A stretch of 64,000 nt of DNA, from the NCBI GenBank assembly GCA_964588985.1, contig CAZPQW010000006.1, positions 32,001-96,000 of the forward strand, in the 5' to 3' direction. Below, one piece after another: positions 29,272 to 39,849 of this stretch. The notes under the pieces are model-generated. The model was not told where the DNA came from, searched no databases, and saw nothing but the letters and a program-made list of their open reading frames with translations. Numbering within the stretch: the stretch's first letter is position 1; every line of letters begins with the position of its first letter. Source of the DNA: an uncultured Solirubrobacteraceae bacterium. GTDB taxonomy: Bacteria > Actinomycetota > Thermoleophilia > Solirubrobacterales > Solirubrobacteraceae. The translations under genes were made by a program, and so were the position numbers.

Positions 29272-29960
29272 GCCAGAGCACGCCTCGGGAGCTGCTGCGC
29301 GAGGTGCGCGTGGCGCCGTCGATCCTGTCGGCGGACTTCGGTCGGCTGCGAGAGCAGGTCGTCGACGTGCTCGCGGCGGGCGCTCGGGTGATCCACGTGG
29401 ACATCATGGACGGGCACTTCGTGCCGTCGCTGACGGTCGGGCCGCTCGTGGTGCAGGCGCTCTCGGAGACGGTGCGCGAGGTGGGAGCGATCCTCGACGT
29501 GCACCTGATGGTCGAACGCCCCGAGCGCCACGTCGCCGAGTTCGTCCGCGCCGGCGCGCACTCGATCACGTTCCACACCGAGGCCACCCCGCACATCGCC
29601 TACACCGCGAACCTGATCCGCGAGAGCGGCGCGTGCGTGGGCGTGGCGATCAACCCCGGCACGCCCGTGGAAGCGCTGATGGAGGTCGTCGGCCTGCTCG
29701 ACATGGCGCTGTGCATGACCGTCAACCCCGGCTGGGGCGGTCAGCCCTTCATCGCGCACTCGCTCGTCAAGCTGCCGCGCCTACGCAAGCTCGTCGGAGA
29801 GGACGTGGCGGTCGAGGTGGACGGCGGGATCGACGCGGAGAAGGCGCCGACGGTGCGTCGCGCGGGCGCGAACCTGTTCGTGGCTGGCTCGGCGATCTTC
29901 GGCGCCGCTAACCCCGGCGAGGCCTACAGCGCGATCGTCAACTCGCTCGCGCCGGCCTGA
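29268..29960 (+). CDS. rpe: Ribulose-phosphate 3-epimerase
   Basis: APSILSADF, HVDIMDGHFVP, MTVNPGWGGQ, VDGG, VAGSA. Confidence 0.95.
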   Translation: MSQSTPRELLREVRVAPSILSADFGRLREQVVDVLAAGARVIHVDIMDGHFVPSLTVGPLVVQALSETVREVGAILDVHLMVERPERHVAEFVRAGAHSITFHTEATPHIAYTANLIRESGACVGVAINPGTPVEALMEVVGLLDMALCMTVNPGWGGQPFIAHSLVKLPRLRKLVGEDVAVEVDGGIDAEKAPTVRRAGANLFVAGSAIFGAANPGEAYSAIVNSLAPA

Positions 29961-31371
29961 GCGTCTCCAGGCGTCTGCTGCCCTGCCGGTAGAGCGTGGC
30001 GAGGCTCAGCGCGAGCACGCCGGTCGCGCCCGCGTAGCCGATCTCCGCGCGCAGCAGCTGATCCGACACCGCCGGGATCAGCATCCAGGCGAGGAACACG
30101 ACCGCCGCCGCCATCCAGCAGCCCGCGGCCGCGCGCGCCCGGTCGCGCGCTAGCGCCGCCTGGTTGAGCGCGCCGGAGGCCAGGTGCAGCCCCATCCCGA
30201 CGCCGATCAGCGCGAGGCCGAAGCGGTTGTACTCATACGCCTGCCCGAAGAACACGTGGCGCAGGGCAAACGGGCCGACCACGAGCAGGCCGACCGCGAC
30301 CGCGGCCGCGAACGCTGCGATCGCGAGGACCGTGGTGCGGATCGCGCGCGCGAACGCGTCGTGCCCAGCGGTCGCCTCGAGGCCCGTGAGGTGCGGCAGC
30401 AGCGAGGTCTGGATCGCCTGGAACAGCTGCAGTGGGGCGCGCGCGATCAGCAGCACGTTGAACACGATCCCCGCGAGCGCCTTGTCCGGGGATGTCGCGT
30501 CGACCGTCAGCACCGCCGCGTTCAGCAACGTCTGCTCGGAGAGCATGATGCTCGACACCCACACCGCGAAGCCGCCCCCGCGGCGCAGCGAGAGCTCCTC
30601 GTGCGCGCTCACCTCCTGGACGCCCTCCGCGCCCGGGCCCGCGAGCGCCGCGTCGGCCTCGTCGACGGTGATCGGTGCGGCGAGCGCTTCGTCGCTGTGG
30701 GAGATGTGGTCGACGGAGCGCTCGGAGCCCTGACGGGCAAACGCCGCGGGCACGACCACGAGCGACACGAACGGCGCCGCCGCGATGCCGAGCGCCACCG
30801 CGGTCTGGCCGCTGGCGATGCCGACCGCGACCGCGACCGCGAAGCTGATCCGCGAGACCGACTCCATCAACACGAGGCCGCCGAACAGCGCGAAGCGCTC
30901 GTGCCCAGCCAGCCAGCCGCGCGCGAAGTAGCTGGCCGCGTAGGCGAGCGTGCCCACCACCAGCACGTCATACAGCGCGCCCTCGCCTTCGAATACGTGG
31001 TTCACCAGCTCGTCGTGCAGCGCGAGCGCCACCGCGAGGAAGACGAGCGCGAAGCTCCCCTGGATCAGCATCGGCACGCGCAGCTTGTGCGCAGCGTGCC
31101 CGCGTGCGCGGCGTTCGGCGATCGTGCGCGAGAGCAGCTGTTCGATCGGCCGGTAGATCACCGAGATGATCACGAACATCACCGACCACAGCAGGTCGAT
31201 CCGCTTCGCGGAGGCTTCCCCGAGGACGTGGCTCGCGATCGAGAAGTACGCGAACGTCAACAGGCCCGTCGAGGCGATCCCGATCGAGAGGATCCTTGCG
31301 CCGCTGCCGTATGAGCGCTTCGCCGGCGCGGGGGAGACCGCGGGGACCGACGGGCTCTTAGAGGCGGACAA
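29938..31371 (-). CDS. Polysaccharide/oligosaccharide flippase-like (MATE/Wzx-like) membrane protein
   Basis: About 12 hydrophobic segments in two halves separated by an acidic loop. Probable TTG start at 31371 overlaps the methyltransferase stop. Confidence 0.6.
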   Translation of the reverse strand: MSASKSPSVPAVSPAPAKRSYGSGARILSIGIASTGLLTFAYFSIASHVLGEASAKRIDLLWSVMFVIISVIYRPIEQLLSRTIAERRARGHAAHKLRVPMLIQGSFALVFLAVALALHDELVNHVFEGEGALYDVLVVGTLAYAASYFARGWLAGHERFALFGGLVLMESVSRISFAVAVAVGIASGQTAVALGIAAAPFVSLVVVPAAFARQGSERSVDHISHSDEALAAPITVDEADAALAGPGAEGVQEVSAHEELSLRRGGGFAVWVSSIMLSEQTLLNAAVLTVDATSPDKALAGIVFNVLLIARAPLQLFQAIQTSLLPHLTGLEATAGHDAFARAIRTTVLAIAAFAAAVAVGLLVVGPFALRHVFFGQAYEYNRFGLALIGVGMGLHLASGALNQAALARDRARAAAGCWMAAAVVFLAWMLIPAVSDQLLRAEIGYAGATGVLALSLATLYRQGSRRLETLRPARAS

Positions 31372-31981
31372 GCAACATCGTCCAGGGGAACGGCGAGCGG
31401 ACCTCGACGACCTCGCCGTGACGCGAGAGCAGCTCCACGAACGACCGCCGCGACCAGTGGTTGAGATGGCCCGGGGTGTTGCCCAGGTCCGACCAGTAGG
31501 CGCCGCGGGCCATGTTGAGCATCCGCCACAGCGGCTCGTGGGGCACCGACACGAGCAGGTGCCGGGCGGCGCAGCGCGCCATCTCGCCGACCGTGTGTTC
31601 CGGGTTGGGCACGTGCTCGAGGACCTCGATCGCGCACGCCAGGTCGAACTCGCCGTCCGCGAACGGCAAATTCTCCGCCTCCATAACGCGGTATTCGAGG
31701 TTCGGCGCTTGGCGCTCGCGCCAGCCGGCCTGGATCGACTCCTCCTCGAGGTCGATGCCGACGACGCGCGCGGAGCCCAGCCGCTGCGCCCACTGGTGCA
31801 CGAGCACACCCTCGCCGCAGCCGACGTCGAGCAGCGAGGTGGGTGCGGCCTTCGTGAACAGCTCCTCGAGGTTGCGCTCGAAGCCCGCCATCAGCCGTCG
31901 CACGACGGGGTTGCCCGAGCCGTACTTGTCGTAGGTGTTGCCCGTGACGACGCCGTCCTTGGAGACGGTCACCCCGCTCAC
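31358..31981 (-). CDS. Class I SAM-dependent methyltransferase
   Basis: LLDVGCGEG, LPFADGEFDL, EVLEHV, SVPHEP; GTGA coupling with the GT2 gene. Confidence 0.85.
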   Translation of the reverse strand: MSGVTVSKDGVVTGNTYDKYGSGNPVVRRLMAGFERNLEELFTKAAPTSLLDVGCGEGVLVHQWAQRLGSARVVGIDLEEESIQAGWRERQAPNLEYRVMEAENLPFADGEFDLACAIEVLEHVPNPEHTVGEMARCAARHLLVSVPHEPLWRMLNMARGAYWSDLGNTPGHLNHWSRRSFVELLSRHGEVVEVRSPFPWTMLLVRL

Positions 31982-33012
31982 AGCCGGCCCGCCTCGATCG
32001 GGTCGGCGGCGCCAACCCGGTTGCGGTCGTGCGCGGGCTCCTGGCCGGGCTCGTAGTGCGAGGGGGCGACCCCGAGCTGCAGCTCGATCCTGCGCATCCG
32101 CTCGAACGTCTTCTGCGTCATCACGCGCTGGGCGGCCAGCAGGTCCCCGATCACGCCGAGCGCCCACATCACGACCGCGGCGATGAACAGGATCGCAGCG
32201 AGGATCAGCGACTGCACGTGCCCCTTGCCGTTTCCATCGATGTAGGCGACCGCGAAGCGGATCCACACGCCGATCGAGACGAGCCCGATCAGCAGCGCGA
32301 GGCTCCAGAACACGCGCAGCGGCTCGTACTGGGCGTAGATGCGGAAGATCGAGACCGCGTTGCGTCGCACGTAGGCGCCCATCGACGGGAACAGCCGCGA
32401 CTCGCGCGTCTTCGGGTTGGTGCGAATCGGGACGTGGTCGACCGCCACGAGCAGCTTGCCGGCCTGGATGATCGACTCGAGCGTATACGTGAAGCGCGAG
32501 ACGACCATGATCTGGATCGCCGCCTCGCGGTTGTACGCGCGAAAGCCCGACGTCGTGTCCGGGATCGACGTGGAGGACGCCTGACGCACGACCCACGAGC
32601 CGAGGCGCTGCAGCATCTTCTTCAGCGGCGAGAAGTGCTCGATCTCGCCGACCTCGCGGTCGCCGATCACCATGTCCGCGCGCCCCTCGAGGATCGGCTG
32701 CACGAGGCGGGCTATGTCCGGTCCGTAGTACTGGTTGTCGGCGTCCGTGTTCACGATCACGTCCGCGCCGAGCTTCAGCGCGGTGTCGATGCCCGCCTGG
32801 AATCCGGCGGCCAGACCCTTGTTGTTGGTCAGCCTCACGAGATGGTCGACGCCGTGCTCGCGGGCCACCGCGACGGTCTCGTCGGTCGAGCCGTCGTCGA
32901 TCACGAGCCACTCGACCGTGTCGAAGCCGTCGAGCTCGCGCGGCAGGTCGGCGAGCGTCTGCGGCAGCTGCTCGGCCTCGTTGAAGCAGGGGATCTGGAT
33001 GATGAGCTTGAT
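31978..33012 (-). CDS. GT2 family glycosyltransferase (polyprenol-phosphate glycosyltransferase-like, two C-terminal TM helices)
   Basis: IPCFNEA, IDDGSTD, NTDADNQY, DTTSGFRA. The position of the expected Met is an ATC codon (33012-33010). Confidence 0.8.
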   Translation of the reverse strand: MKLIIQIPCFNEAEQLPQTLADLPRELDGFDTVEWLVIDDGSTDETVAVAREHGVDHLVRLTNNKGLAAGFQAGIDTALKLGADVIVNTDADNQYYGPDIARLVQPILEGRADMVIGDREVGEIEHFSPLKKMLQRLGSWVVRQASSTSIPDTTSGFRAYNREAAIQIMVVSRFTYTLESIIQAGKLLVAVDHVPIRTNPKTRESRLFPSMGAYVRRNAVSIFRIYAQYEPLRVFWSLALLIGLVSIGVWIRFAVAYIDGNGKGHVQSLILAAILFIAAVVMWALGVIGDLLAAQRVMTQKTFERMRRIELQLGVAPSHYEPGQEPAHDRNRVGAADPIEAGRL

Positions 33013-33037
33013 GGGTGGAGGATAGGCTCTGCGCGCA

Positions 33038-34564
33038 GTGCGAGGCGCGACGCTCACCCGGCCGGGAACGACGCCGGGCTCCACCCGGCCTGCGCCGCTG
33101 CGTGCCGTGAGCGTCCCCACGTGGGCGCGGATCGGCCTCGCGGCGATGTGCGTGGGGGCGGTGGTCGGCTACTTCGCCTTCCCCACATATCCCACGTACG
33201 ACTCGTTCTACGCGCTGCTGTGGGGCCGGGACCTGCTGCACCTGCACCTGCCGGACTTCCGGGTCTACCGCGGTCCGACCGAGCATCCGCTGGCGATCGC
33301 GTTCGGGATGCTCTGCTCGATCTTCGGGCAGGGCGGCGCGCGGCTGATGGTGTTCGGCTCGATCGCGTCGTTCGTCGCGGCGGTGGCCGGCGTCTACCGG
33401 CTGGGGCGGCTGTGCTTCGGGCCGGTCGTCGGCCTGCTCGCGGCGCTGCTGCTGCTGAGCCGCTTCTTCGTCGAGAACCTCGCCGCCCAGGGCTACCTGG
33501 ACATCTCCTACCTCGCGCTGATCGTGTGGGCGATCGTGCTCGAGGTCGAACGATCCCGCCGCGGGGTGCCCGTCTTCCTCGTGCTCGCCGCCGCCGGCCT
33601 GCTGCGTCCCGACGCGTGGGTGCTGAGCGGCGTGTACTGGCTGTGGTGCGCGTGGCCCGCAAACAGCCGCACGCGCCTGCGATATCTCGCGCTGGCGGCG
33701 ATCGCGCCCGTGCTGTGGGTCGGGACGGACTGGGTGGTGACGGGCAACCCGCTGTACTCGCTGACCGCCACCGCGGGCCTCGCCCAGGAACTGGAACGCA
33801 CCCAGGGGTTCGGGAGCGTGTTGGGATCGACATGGAGCTACACCGACAGGATCGACAAGCTCCCCGTGCTGCTCGGCGCGATCGTCGGGCTTCCGTTGGC
33901 GGTCTGGATGGCCCCACGACGGGTGCTCGTGCCGCTGGTGGCGCTGATCCTGCTGTTCGGTGTGTTCCTCGCCGAGGGCGCGGTCGGCGCGTCGGTGATC
34001 GACCGCTACCTGATCGGCGCGGCGAGCGTGGCGCTGCTGTTCTGCGCGGTCACGCTCGGCGGCTGGGCGATGCTCGAGCGCGGCTCGAAGCTACGCCGCG
34101 CGTGGATCGCGGGCGCGGCCGCGCTGCTGCTGTTCGGTGCGGCCTCGGCGGCTAAAACGCTCAGCCTGACGAGCCTGCGCACCACGCTCGCCTACCACGA
34201 GGACTTCCACCAGGGTCTCGCGAGCGCGCTGAAGAGTCCCGCGGTGAAGTCGGTCCTGCGACGCTGCCCGCTGCTGTCGCTGCCCAACAACAAGCTGATT
34301 CCCGACGCCCGCTGGATCCTCGACACGGTCGGCCAGCACGACATCGTCGCGCGCAGCGAGTCGCGGGCGGATGTCGAAAAAGGCTCGCACGCGCTCGAGC
34401 ACCGTCTAGCCCACGGCAGTGTGGCCGTCTACCCGCTCGGCAGCGCCGTGTTCGTGGAGGCGATCGTCGACGTGGGCGACGACCCACGCGACCAGGTGCC
34501 GCTCCCCGGATACCGGCGGATCTACAACAGCCGCTACTACGCGGTGTATGACAACTGCCGATAG
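33038..34564 (+). CDS. Multi-pass membrane protein, GT-C-like
   Basis: N-terminal TM followed by loop PTYDSFY; many TMs; LRPDAW and DRYL motifs; soluble C-terminus. Confidence 0.55.
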   Translation: MRGATLTRPGTTPGSTRPAPLRAVSVPTWARIGLAAMCVGAVVGYFAFPTYPTYDSFYALLWGRDLLHLHLPDFRVYRGPTEHPLAIAFGMLCSIFGQGGARLMVFGSIASFVAAVAGVYRLGRLCFGPVVGLLAALLLLSRFFVENLAAQGYLDISYLALIVWAIVLEVERSRRGVPVFLVLAAAGLLRPDAWVLSGVYWLWCAWPANSRTRLRYLALAAIAPVLWVGTDWVVTGNPLYSLTATAGLAQELERTQGFGSVLGSTWSYTDRIDKLPVLLGAIVGLPLAVWMAPRRVLVPLVALILLFGVFLAEGAVGASVIDRYLIGAASVALLFCAVTLGGWAMLERGSKLRRAWIAGAAALLLFGAASAAKTLSLTSLRTTLAYHEDFHQGLASALKSPAVKSVLRRCPLLSLPNNKLIPDARWILDTVGQHDIVARSESRADVEKGSHALEHRLAHGSVAVYPLGSAVFVEAIVDVGDDPRDQVPLPGYRRIYNSRYYAVYDNCR

Positions 34565-36305
34565 CAGCCTGAGCGACGGACCCGGCCGCGCCCGGCGCTG
34601 GGCGTGGCCGGCGCTCGCGGTCGTGCTGATCGCGGGACTGGGACTGCGACTGTGGGGCGTGCGCCAGGGGCTGCCCTACGCGTACAACACCGATGAGGCC
34701 GACCACTTCGTCCCGCACGCGGTGAAGATGTTCGCCGACGGGACCCTCAACCCGAAGTACTTCGCCAACCCGCCCGCGTTCACGTACGTGCTGCACGTCC
34801 TGTTCGCGCTCTGGTACGGCGGCGGGGCCGGTGTTCGTCGGGCGTTCGCGCTGCACCCCGAGGGGGTGTACACGCTCGCACGCGTCGCCGCCGCGCTGCT
34901 CGGCACGAGCGCGCTGTGGCTGCTGTACGCGACCGGCGCGCGGCTGTTCGGCCGTGCGGTCGGGCTGTTGGCGGCGGCGATCGAGGCGGTCGCGTTCCTA
35001 CCGGTGTTCTACGCGCACCTCGCGCTCAACGACGTGCCCACGCTCGCGCCGTTGACGCTGTCGCTGCTGGGGACCGCGGGCGTGATGAGCAAAGGCCGTG
35101 TGCGCGACTACGTGCTCGCGGGCGTCGGGCTCGGCCTGGCGTGCGCGACCAAGTACACCGCCGGCATCGTGCTCCTCCCGCTGCTCGCGGCTGCCGGCGC
35201 TAGCTACATCGACGCAGACGACCCAGCCAAACGGCGCGTGCTCCTCGGCCTGCCCGCCGCCGGGGCGATCGCGCTCGTGGCGTTCCTGGTCGCGAACCCC
35301 TACGCGGTCCTCGACTACCACGCCTTCCACGCCGAACTGGTGCACCAGTCGACGCTGTCGGCGGAATCGCAGGGCAAGCTGGGCGCCCCCAGGCAGGGAG
35401 GGCTCCTCTACTACCTCTGGTCGCTCGCGTGGGGGCTCGGCTGGGCGCCAGCGCTGGCGGCGCTCGGCGGCTCGCTCGTGGTGTGGCGCTCGAACCGTCG
35501 ACTCGGGGCGCTGCTCGTGCCGGCGATGCTGCTGTTCCTGCTGTTCATGGGTCTGCAGGGTCGCTACTTCGGGCGCTGGCTGCTGCCGATCTTCCCGCTC
35601 GTGTGCCTGCTCGCGGCGTACTTCGTCGTGCGCCTGATCATCTGGGGTACGAGCCTGCGCCGTCTGCCCGTGGCCGGTCGCGCGGCGGTCGCGGCTGCGC
35701 TCGTGGCGGCGCTGCTCGCGCAGGGGCTCATCTACAGCGTCCACTCCGGCCTCGTGCTCTCCCGGGCCGACACGCGCACGCTCACCCGCGAATGGATGGT
35801 CGCGAACATCCCCGCGGGGTCCAGGATCGTGGTCGAGCCGGTCGCGCCGAACGAATGGGCCAAGCAAACCAACCCTGGGACCTCAACCGCCGCGAACTCC
35901 TACCTGTGGCCGAAGTACCCCGGCTTGCTCCCCCGCGTGTCCGCCAGCGGCCAGCTTGAAGCACATACTCGGCCCGAAGTGGGCATCGAGAACTACGAGA
36001 CGACGCTCGCGCCGGCGCTGGTCGGCTACTACGAGGCCAACGGCTACTGCTGGGTGATCAGCGGCTCGACGCAATCCGGACGCGCGTACGCCGATCCGGG
36101 CGCGGTCCCGCACGCGATCGCCTACTACGAGGCGCTCGCCCGCCAGGGCGAAGTGGTGTACCGCGCCTCGCCGTACTCACGCGCGCACGGGCCGGTGTCG
36201 TTCGGCTTCGACTGGAGCTTCGACTACTACCCGCTCGCCTACGAGCGCCCCGGCCCGCAGATGACCGTCTACAGGCTGCGCGGGGGTCGCTGCGCCACGC
36301 CGTAG
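34548..36305 (+). CDS. ArnT/PMT-like (GT-C) glycosyltransferase
   Basis: LRLWGVRQGLPYAYNTDE, YFANPP, LARVAAALLG, ACATKYTA, GRWLLPIFP; start at ATG 34548. Confidence 0.75.
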   Translation: MTTADSSLSDGPGRARRWAWPALAVVLIAGLGLRLWGVRQGLPYAYNTDEADHFVPHAVKMFADGTLNPKYFANPPAFTYVLHVLFALWYGGGAGVRRAFALHPEGVYTLARVAAALLGTSALWLLYATGARLFGRAVGLLAAAIEAVAFLPVFYAHLALNDVPTLAPLTLSLLGTAGVMSKGRVRDYVLAGVGLGLACATKYTAGIVLLPLLAAAGASYIDADDPAKRRVLLGLPAAGAIALVAFLVANPYAVLDYHAFHAELVHQSTLSAESQGKLGAPRQGGLLYYLWSLAWGLGWAPALAALGGSLVVWRSNRRLGALLVPAMLLFLLFMGLQGRYFGRWLLPIFPLVCLLAAYFVVRLIIWGTSLRRLPVAGRAAVAAALVAALLAQGLIYSVHSGLVLSRADTRTLTREWMVANIPAGSRIVVEPVAPNEWAKQTNPGTSTAANSYLWPKYPGLLPRVSASGQLEAHTRPEVGIENYETTLAPALVGYYEANGYCWVISGSTQSGRAYADPGAVPHAIAYYEALARQGEVVYRASPYSRAHGPVSFGFDWSFDYYPLAYERPGPQMTVYRLRGGRCATP

Positions 36306-36366
36306 CTTTCATGCGCGGCCCGCTCTCCTGCGACCAAGCCCTGCGGGGCTATCCTTAAAAATAGAC

Positions 36367-37500
36367 ATGCCCAGTTGCACCGATACCGACAGGGTATGCC
36401 TGTCGCGAGCGATCGAGCTCGCCGCCAAGGGGGCCGGCGCGGTCAGGCCGAATCCGGTCGTGGGTGCGGTCGTCGCCCGCGACGGCGAGATCCTCGGCGA
36501 GGGCTGGCACCAGGAATACGGGGGAGCGCACGCTGAGGTGAACGCGATCGAGGCGTGTGGCCTGGAGGACCTGAGCGCGGCAACGCTGTACGTGTCGCTG
36601 GAGCCGTGCTGCCACGAGGGCAAGACCCCTCCTTGTACGGACGCGATCCTCGGCGCGGGGATCAGGCGCGTGGTCGTCGCCTCTGATGACCCGACCGAGA
36701 AGGCGTCCGGGCGCGGCCTGGGGATCCTGCGCGACGAGGGCGTCGAGGTGATCGTCGCCGACGGCGAGTTGGCCGCCAGCGCCCGTCTGCTCAACCAGGC
36801 CTTTCGCAAGCACGCCCGTGTGGGACGCCCGTGGGTGCTGTTCAAGTCCGCGATGACGCTCGACGGCAAGGTCGCGACGCGCACCGGCGACTCGAAGTGG
36901 ATCAGCGGCGAGGACAGCCGCAGCCTCGCTCACCACTGGCGCGCCTCCGTCGACGCGGTCGTCGTCGGGATCGGCACCGCCCTGGCGGACGATCCGCAGC
37001 TCACCGCCCGCCCCGACGGTCTGCCCGCCGAGCCCGACTCCCAACCTCGGCGCGTGGTGTTCGACTCGCTCGCGCGCCTGCCGCTCAGCTCGCAGCTGGT
37101 GGCGGCCGTCGCGGAGATACCGCTCACGATCGTCGTCTCGAGGGCGGCCGCGCGCGCGGACACCGACGCGCTCGAAGCGGCCGGCGTGCAGGTGCTCGTG
37201 GCGACGGGAGAAAACGAGCCCGCGCGGGTGCGCTCGGCGCTCGACCAGCTCGGTGCGCTCGGCGTGGCCTCGGTGCTCCTGGAGGGCGGCCCACACCTCG
37301 CGGGCGCGTTCCTCGACGCTGGGGAGATCGACGAACTGAGGCTGTTCCTCGCGCCGCTGCTGCTCGGCGGGAGCGCCGCACGCGACCCGCTGGAGGGCGA
37401 AGGGGTCGGGCAGATCTCCGAGGCGATGCGCGCGCTCACATTCGACTGCGAGCGGATCGGCCAGGATCTCTTGATCTCGGCGCGTCTGCGCGAGTGGTAA
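36367..37500 (+). CDS. ribD: Bifunctional deaminase/reductase RibD
   Basis: PNPVVGA, HAE, LEPCCH...PPC, TLDGK, EGG. Confidence 0.95.
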   Translation: MPSCTDTDRVCLSRAIELAAKGAGAVRPNPVVGAVVARDGEILGEGWHQEYGGAHAEVNAIEACGLEDLSAATLYVSLEPCCHEGKTPPCTDAILGAGIRRVVVASDDPTEKASGRGLGILRDEGVEVIVADGELAASARLLNQAFRKHARVGRPWVLFKSAMTLDGKVATRTGDSKWISGEDSRSLAHHWRASVDAVVVGIGTALADDPQLTARPDGLPAEPDSQPRRVVFDSLARLPLSSQLVAAVAEIPLTIVVSRAAARADTDALEAAGVQVLVATGENEPARVRSALDQLGALGVASVLLEGGPHLAGAFLDAGEIDELRLFLAPLLLGGSAARDPLEGEGVGQISEAMRALTFDCERIGQDLLISARLREW

Positions 37501-37507
37501 GGCAAGA

Positions 37508-38116
37508 GTGTTCACCGGCCTGATCGCGGATCTCGGCAGCGTGACCGCGCTCGAAAGGGACGGCGAGGGGGCGACGCTTGCGATCGCGAGCCGGCTCGCG
37601 GGGGAGATCGGCGAGGGCGACTCGGTAGCTGTCAACGGGGTGTGCCTGACGGCCACCGACGTCGATGCCGGCGGTTTTCGGGCGCAGGCGATGAACGAGA
37701 CGCTCGCGCGCTCATCGCTCGGAGCGCTGCAGGTCGGCTCGCCGGTGAACCTCGAGCTGGCGCTGCGCGCCGCCGATCGTCTCGGCGGGCACGTGGTGCA
37801 GGGGCACGTGGACGGTGTCGGCAGCGTGCGCTCCATCCGTGAGGAGGGGTTCTCGCGAGTGATCGAGATCGATCTGGAGCCCCAGCTGCTGCGCTATCTG
37901 GTGGAGAAGGGGTCGATCGCGATCGACGGCGTGAGTCTCACCGTCAGCGCGCTCGACGACCGTGGCTTCGCGGTCTCGCTGATACCCGAGACCCTCGGTA
38001 GGACGAACCTCGGCCAGCTCGGCGAGGGCGCGGTCGTGAACATCGAGGTCGACATTCTGGCCAAGCACGTGGAGCGGTTGCTCGATCAGCCTCATTATTC
38101 GAAGGAGCCCGTATGA
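37508..38116 (+). CDS. ribE: Riboflavin synthase alpha chain
   Basis: [29 protein letters not shown]. Confidence 0.95.
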   Translation: MFTGLIADLGSVTALERDGEGATLAIASRLAGEIGEGDSVAVNGVCLTATDVDAGGFRAQAMNETLARSSLGALQVGSPVNLELALRAADRLGGHVVQGHVDGVGSVRSIREEGFSRVIEIDLEPQLLRYLVEKGSIAIDGVSLTVSALDDRGFAVSLIPETLGRTNLGQLGEGAVVNIEVDILAKHVERLLDQPHYSKEPV

Positions 38117-39411
38117 GCCAGCCGAGGACAACAACGCCGTTCGTGACCATCGAGCAGGCGATCGAGGAGATCCGCGAGGGCAAGATGGTCGTCGTGTGCG
38201 ACGACGAGGACCGCGAGAACGAGGGCGACCTGACGCTCGCGGCGCAGTTCGCCACCCCCGAGGCGATCAACTTCATGGCCAAGGAGGGGCGTGGGCTGAT
38301 CTGCCTGTCGCTGACCTCCGAGCGCTGCGACGAACTGGGCCTCGACCTGATGGCGGCGAAGAACGAGTCGCCGTTCGAAACGCCGTTCACGGTCTCGGTG
38401 GAGGCGCGCGAGGGCGTCACCACGGGGATCTCCGCGCACGATCGCGCGCACACGATCCAGGTCGCGATCGACCCCGCGAGCCGACCCGTGGACCTCGTCC
38501 AGCCCGGACACGTCTTCCCGCTCAAGAGCCGCGCCGGCGGCGTGCTCGAGCGCGCCGGGCAGACCGAGGCGGCGGTCGACCTCGCGCGCCTCGCGGGGCT
38601 GAACCCCGCCGGGGTGATCTGCGAGATCATGAACGACGACGGCACGATGGCGCGGGTGCCGGAACTCGTCGACTACTGCGCCGTGCACGGGCTGAGCATG
38701 ATCACGGTCGCCGACCTGATCGCCTACCGCCGCCGCCACGACAAGCTCGTCGAAAGGGTCGTCTCCACGCGTCTGCCGACCACGTTCGGCGACTTCGAGG
38801 CAATTGGCTACCGCTCGCTCGTGGACGACAAGCACCACGTCGCGCTCGTCAAGGGCGAGGTCGCGGGCAAGCCGGACGTGCTCGTGCGGGTGCACTCGGA
38901 GTGCCTCACCGGCGACGTGTTCCACTCGCTGCGCTGCGACTGCGGCGAGCAGCTCGAATCGGCGCTCGCGATGATCGAGCGCGAGGGCGAGGGGGTGCTG
39001 CTGTACCTCTCACAGGAGGGGCGCGGCATCGGGTTGCTGAACAAGCTGCGCGCCTACCGCCTGCAGGAGGAGGGCCTCGACACGGTCGAAGCCAACGAGC
39101 GACTCGGCCTGCCCGCGGACCTGCGCGACTACGGGATCGGCGCCCAGATCCTCGTCGACCTGGGGCTCGGCTCGATCAGGATCCTCACCAACAACCCCAA
39201 GAAGATCAAGGGGCTCGAGGGCTACGGCCTGTCTGTCAGCGGGCAGATCCCGATCGAGCACGCACCCAACGAGCACAACGAGGCCTACCTCCGAACGAAG
39301 GCGCAGCGGATGGGACACACGCTGCACCACCAGGGGCTGAACCTCGACGAGGAGATGCTGCACGCCGAGCAGGGACGCGGCGAGAACGTCGACGGGAAGG
39401 ACGGGGGATGA
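38113..39411 (+). CDS. ribBA: DHBP synthase / GTP cyclohydrolase II
   Basis: [43 protein letters not shown]. Confidence 0.95.
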   Translation: MSQPRTTTPFVTIEQAIEEIREGKMVVVCDDEDRENEGDLTLAAQFATPEAINFMAKEGRGLICLSLTSERCDELGLDLMAAKNESPFETPFTVSVEAREGVTTGISAHDRAHTIQVAIDPASRPVDLVQPGHVFPLKSRAGGVLERAGQTEAAVDLARLAGLNPAGVICEIMNDDGTMARVPELVDYCAVHGLSMITVADLIAYRRRHDKLVERVVSTRLPTTFGDFEAIGYRSLVDDKHHVALVKGEVAGKPDVLVRVHSECLTGDVFHSLRCDCGEQLESALAMIEREGEGVLLYLSQEGRGIGLLNKLRAYRLQEEGLDTVEANERLGLPADLRDYGIGAQILVDLGLGSIRILTNNPKKIKGLEGYGLSVSGQIPIEHAPNEHNEAYLRTKAQRMGHTLHHQGLNLDEEMLHAEQGRGENVDGKDGG

Positions 39412-39839
39412 GCGAATACGCGATCGCGCTCGGGCGCTTCTACGAGGAATTGGCCGAGCGCCTGCTCGCCGGCGCGCAGTCCGCGTTCGCCGAGCAGGGC
39501 TTCGAGGAGGTCACGGTGCTCGAGGTCCCGGGGGCGTACGAGCTGCCGCTCGCGGCCAGCTACGCGGCGCGCTCCGGCCGTTTCGACGGCGTGGTTTGCC
39601 TCGGCGCGGTGATCCGCGGGGAGACCAGCCACTACGACTTCGTGTGCGCGGAGACCGCCAGCGGCATCATGCGCGTGCAGCTCGATACCGGGGTCCCGTG
39701 CTCGTTCGGCGTGCTCACCTGCGAGACGATGCAGCAGGCGCTCGCACGCACCGGAGGCGGCAAGCGCGACCAGGGCCGCCACGCCGCCGAAGCGGTGATG
39801 CAGATGGCGTCGCTACGGCGAGAGCTCGAGAGCGGCTAG
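39408..39839 (+). CDS. ribH: Lumazine synthase
   Basis: [25 protein letters not shown]; start at ATG 39408. Confidence 0.92.
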   Translation: MSEYAIALGRFYEELAERLLAGAQSAFAEQGFEEVTVLEVPGAYELPLAASYAARSGRFDGVVCLGAVIRGETSHYDFVCAETASGIMRVQLDTGVPCSFGVLTCETMQQALARTGGGKRDQGRHAAEAVMQMASLRRELESG

Positions 39840-39849
39840 ACTGCCGCGC

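Noticed and set aside
31358-33286. 642-aa ORF suggesting a GT2-methyltransferase fusion or frameshift
   Set aside because: The GT2 and the methyltransferase are in different frames with an ordinary GTGA stop/start overlap at 31978-31981.
36306-36366. FMN riboswitch upstream of the rib operon
   Set aside because: Only 61 bp of intergenic DNA, with a TATCCT -10 close to the ATG and no RFN consensus.
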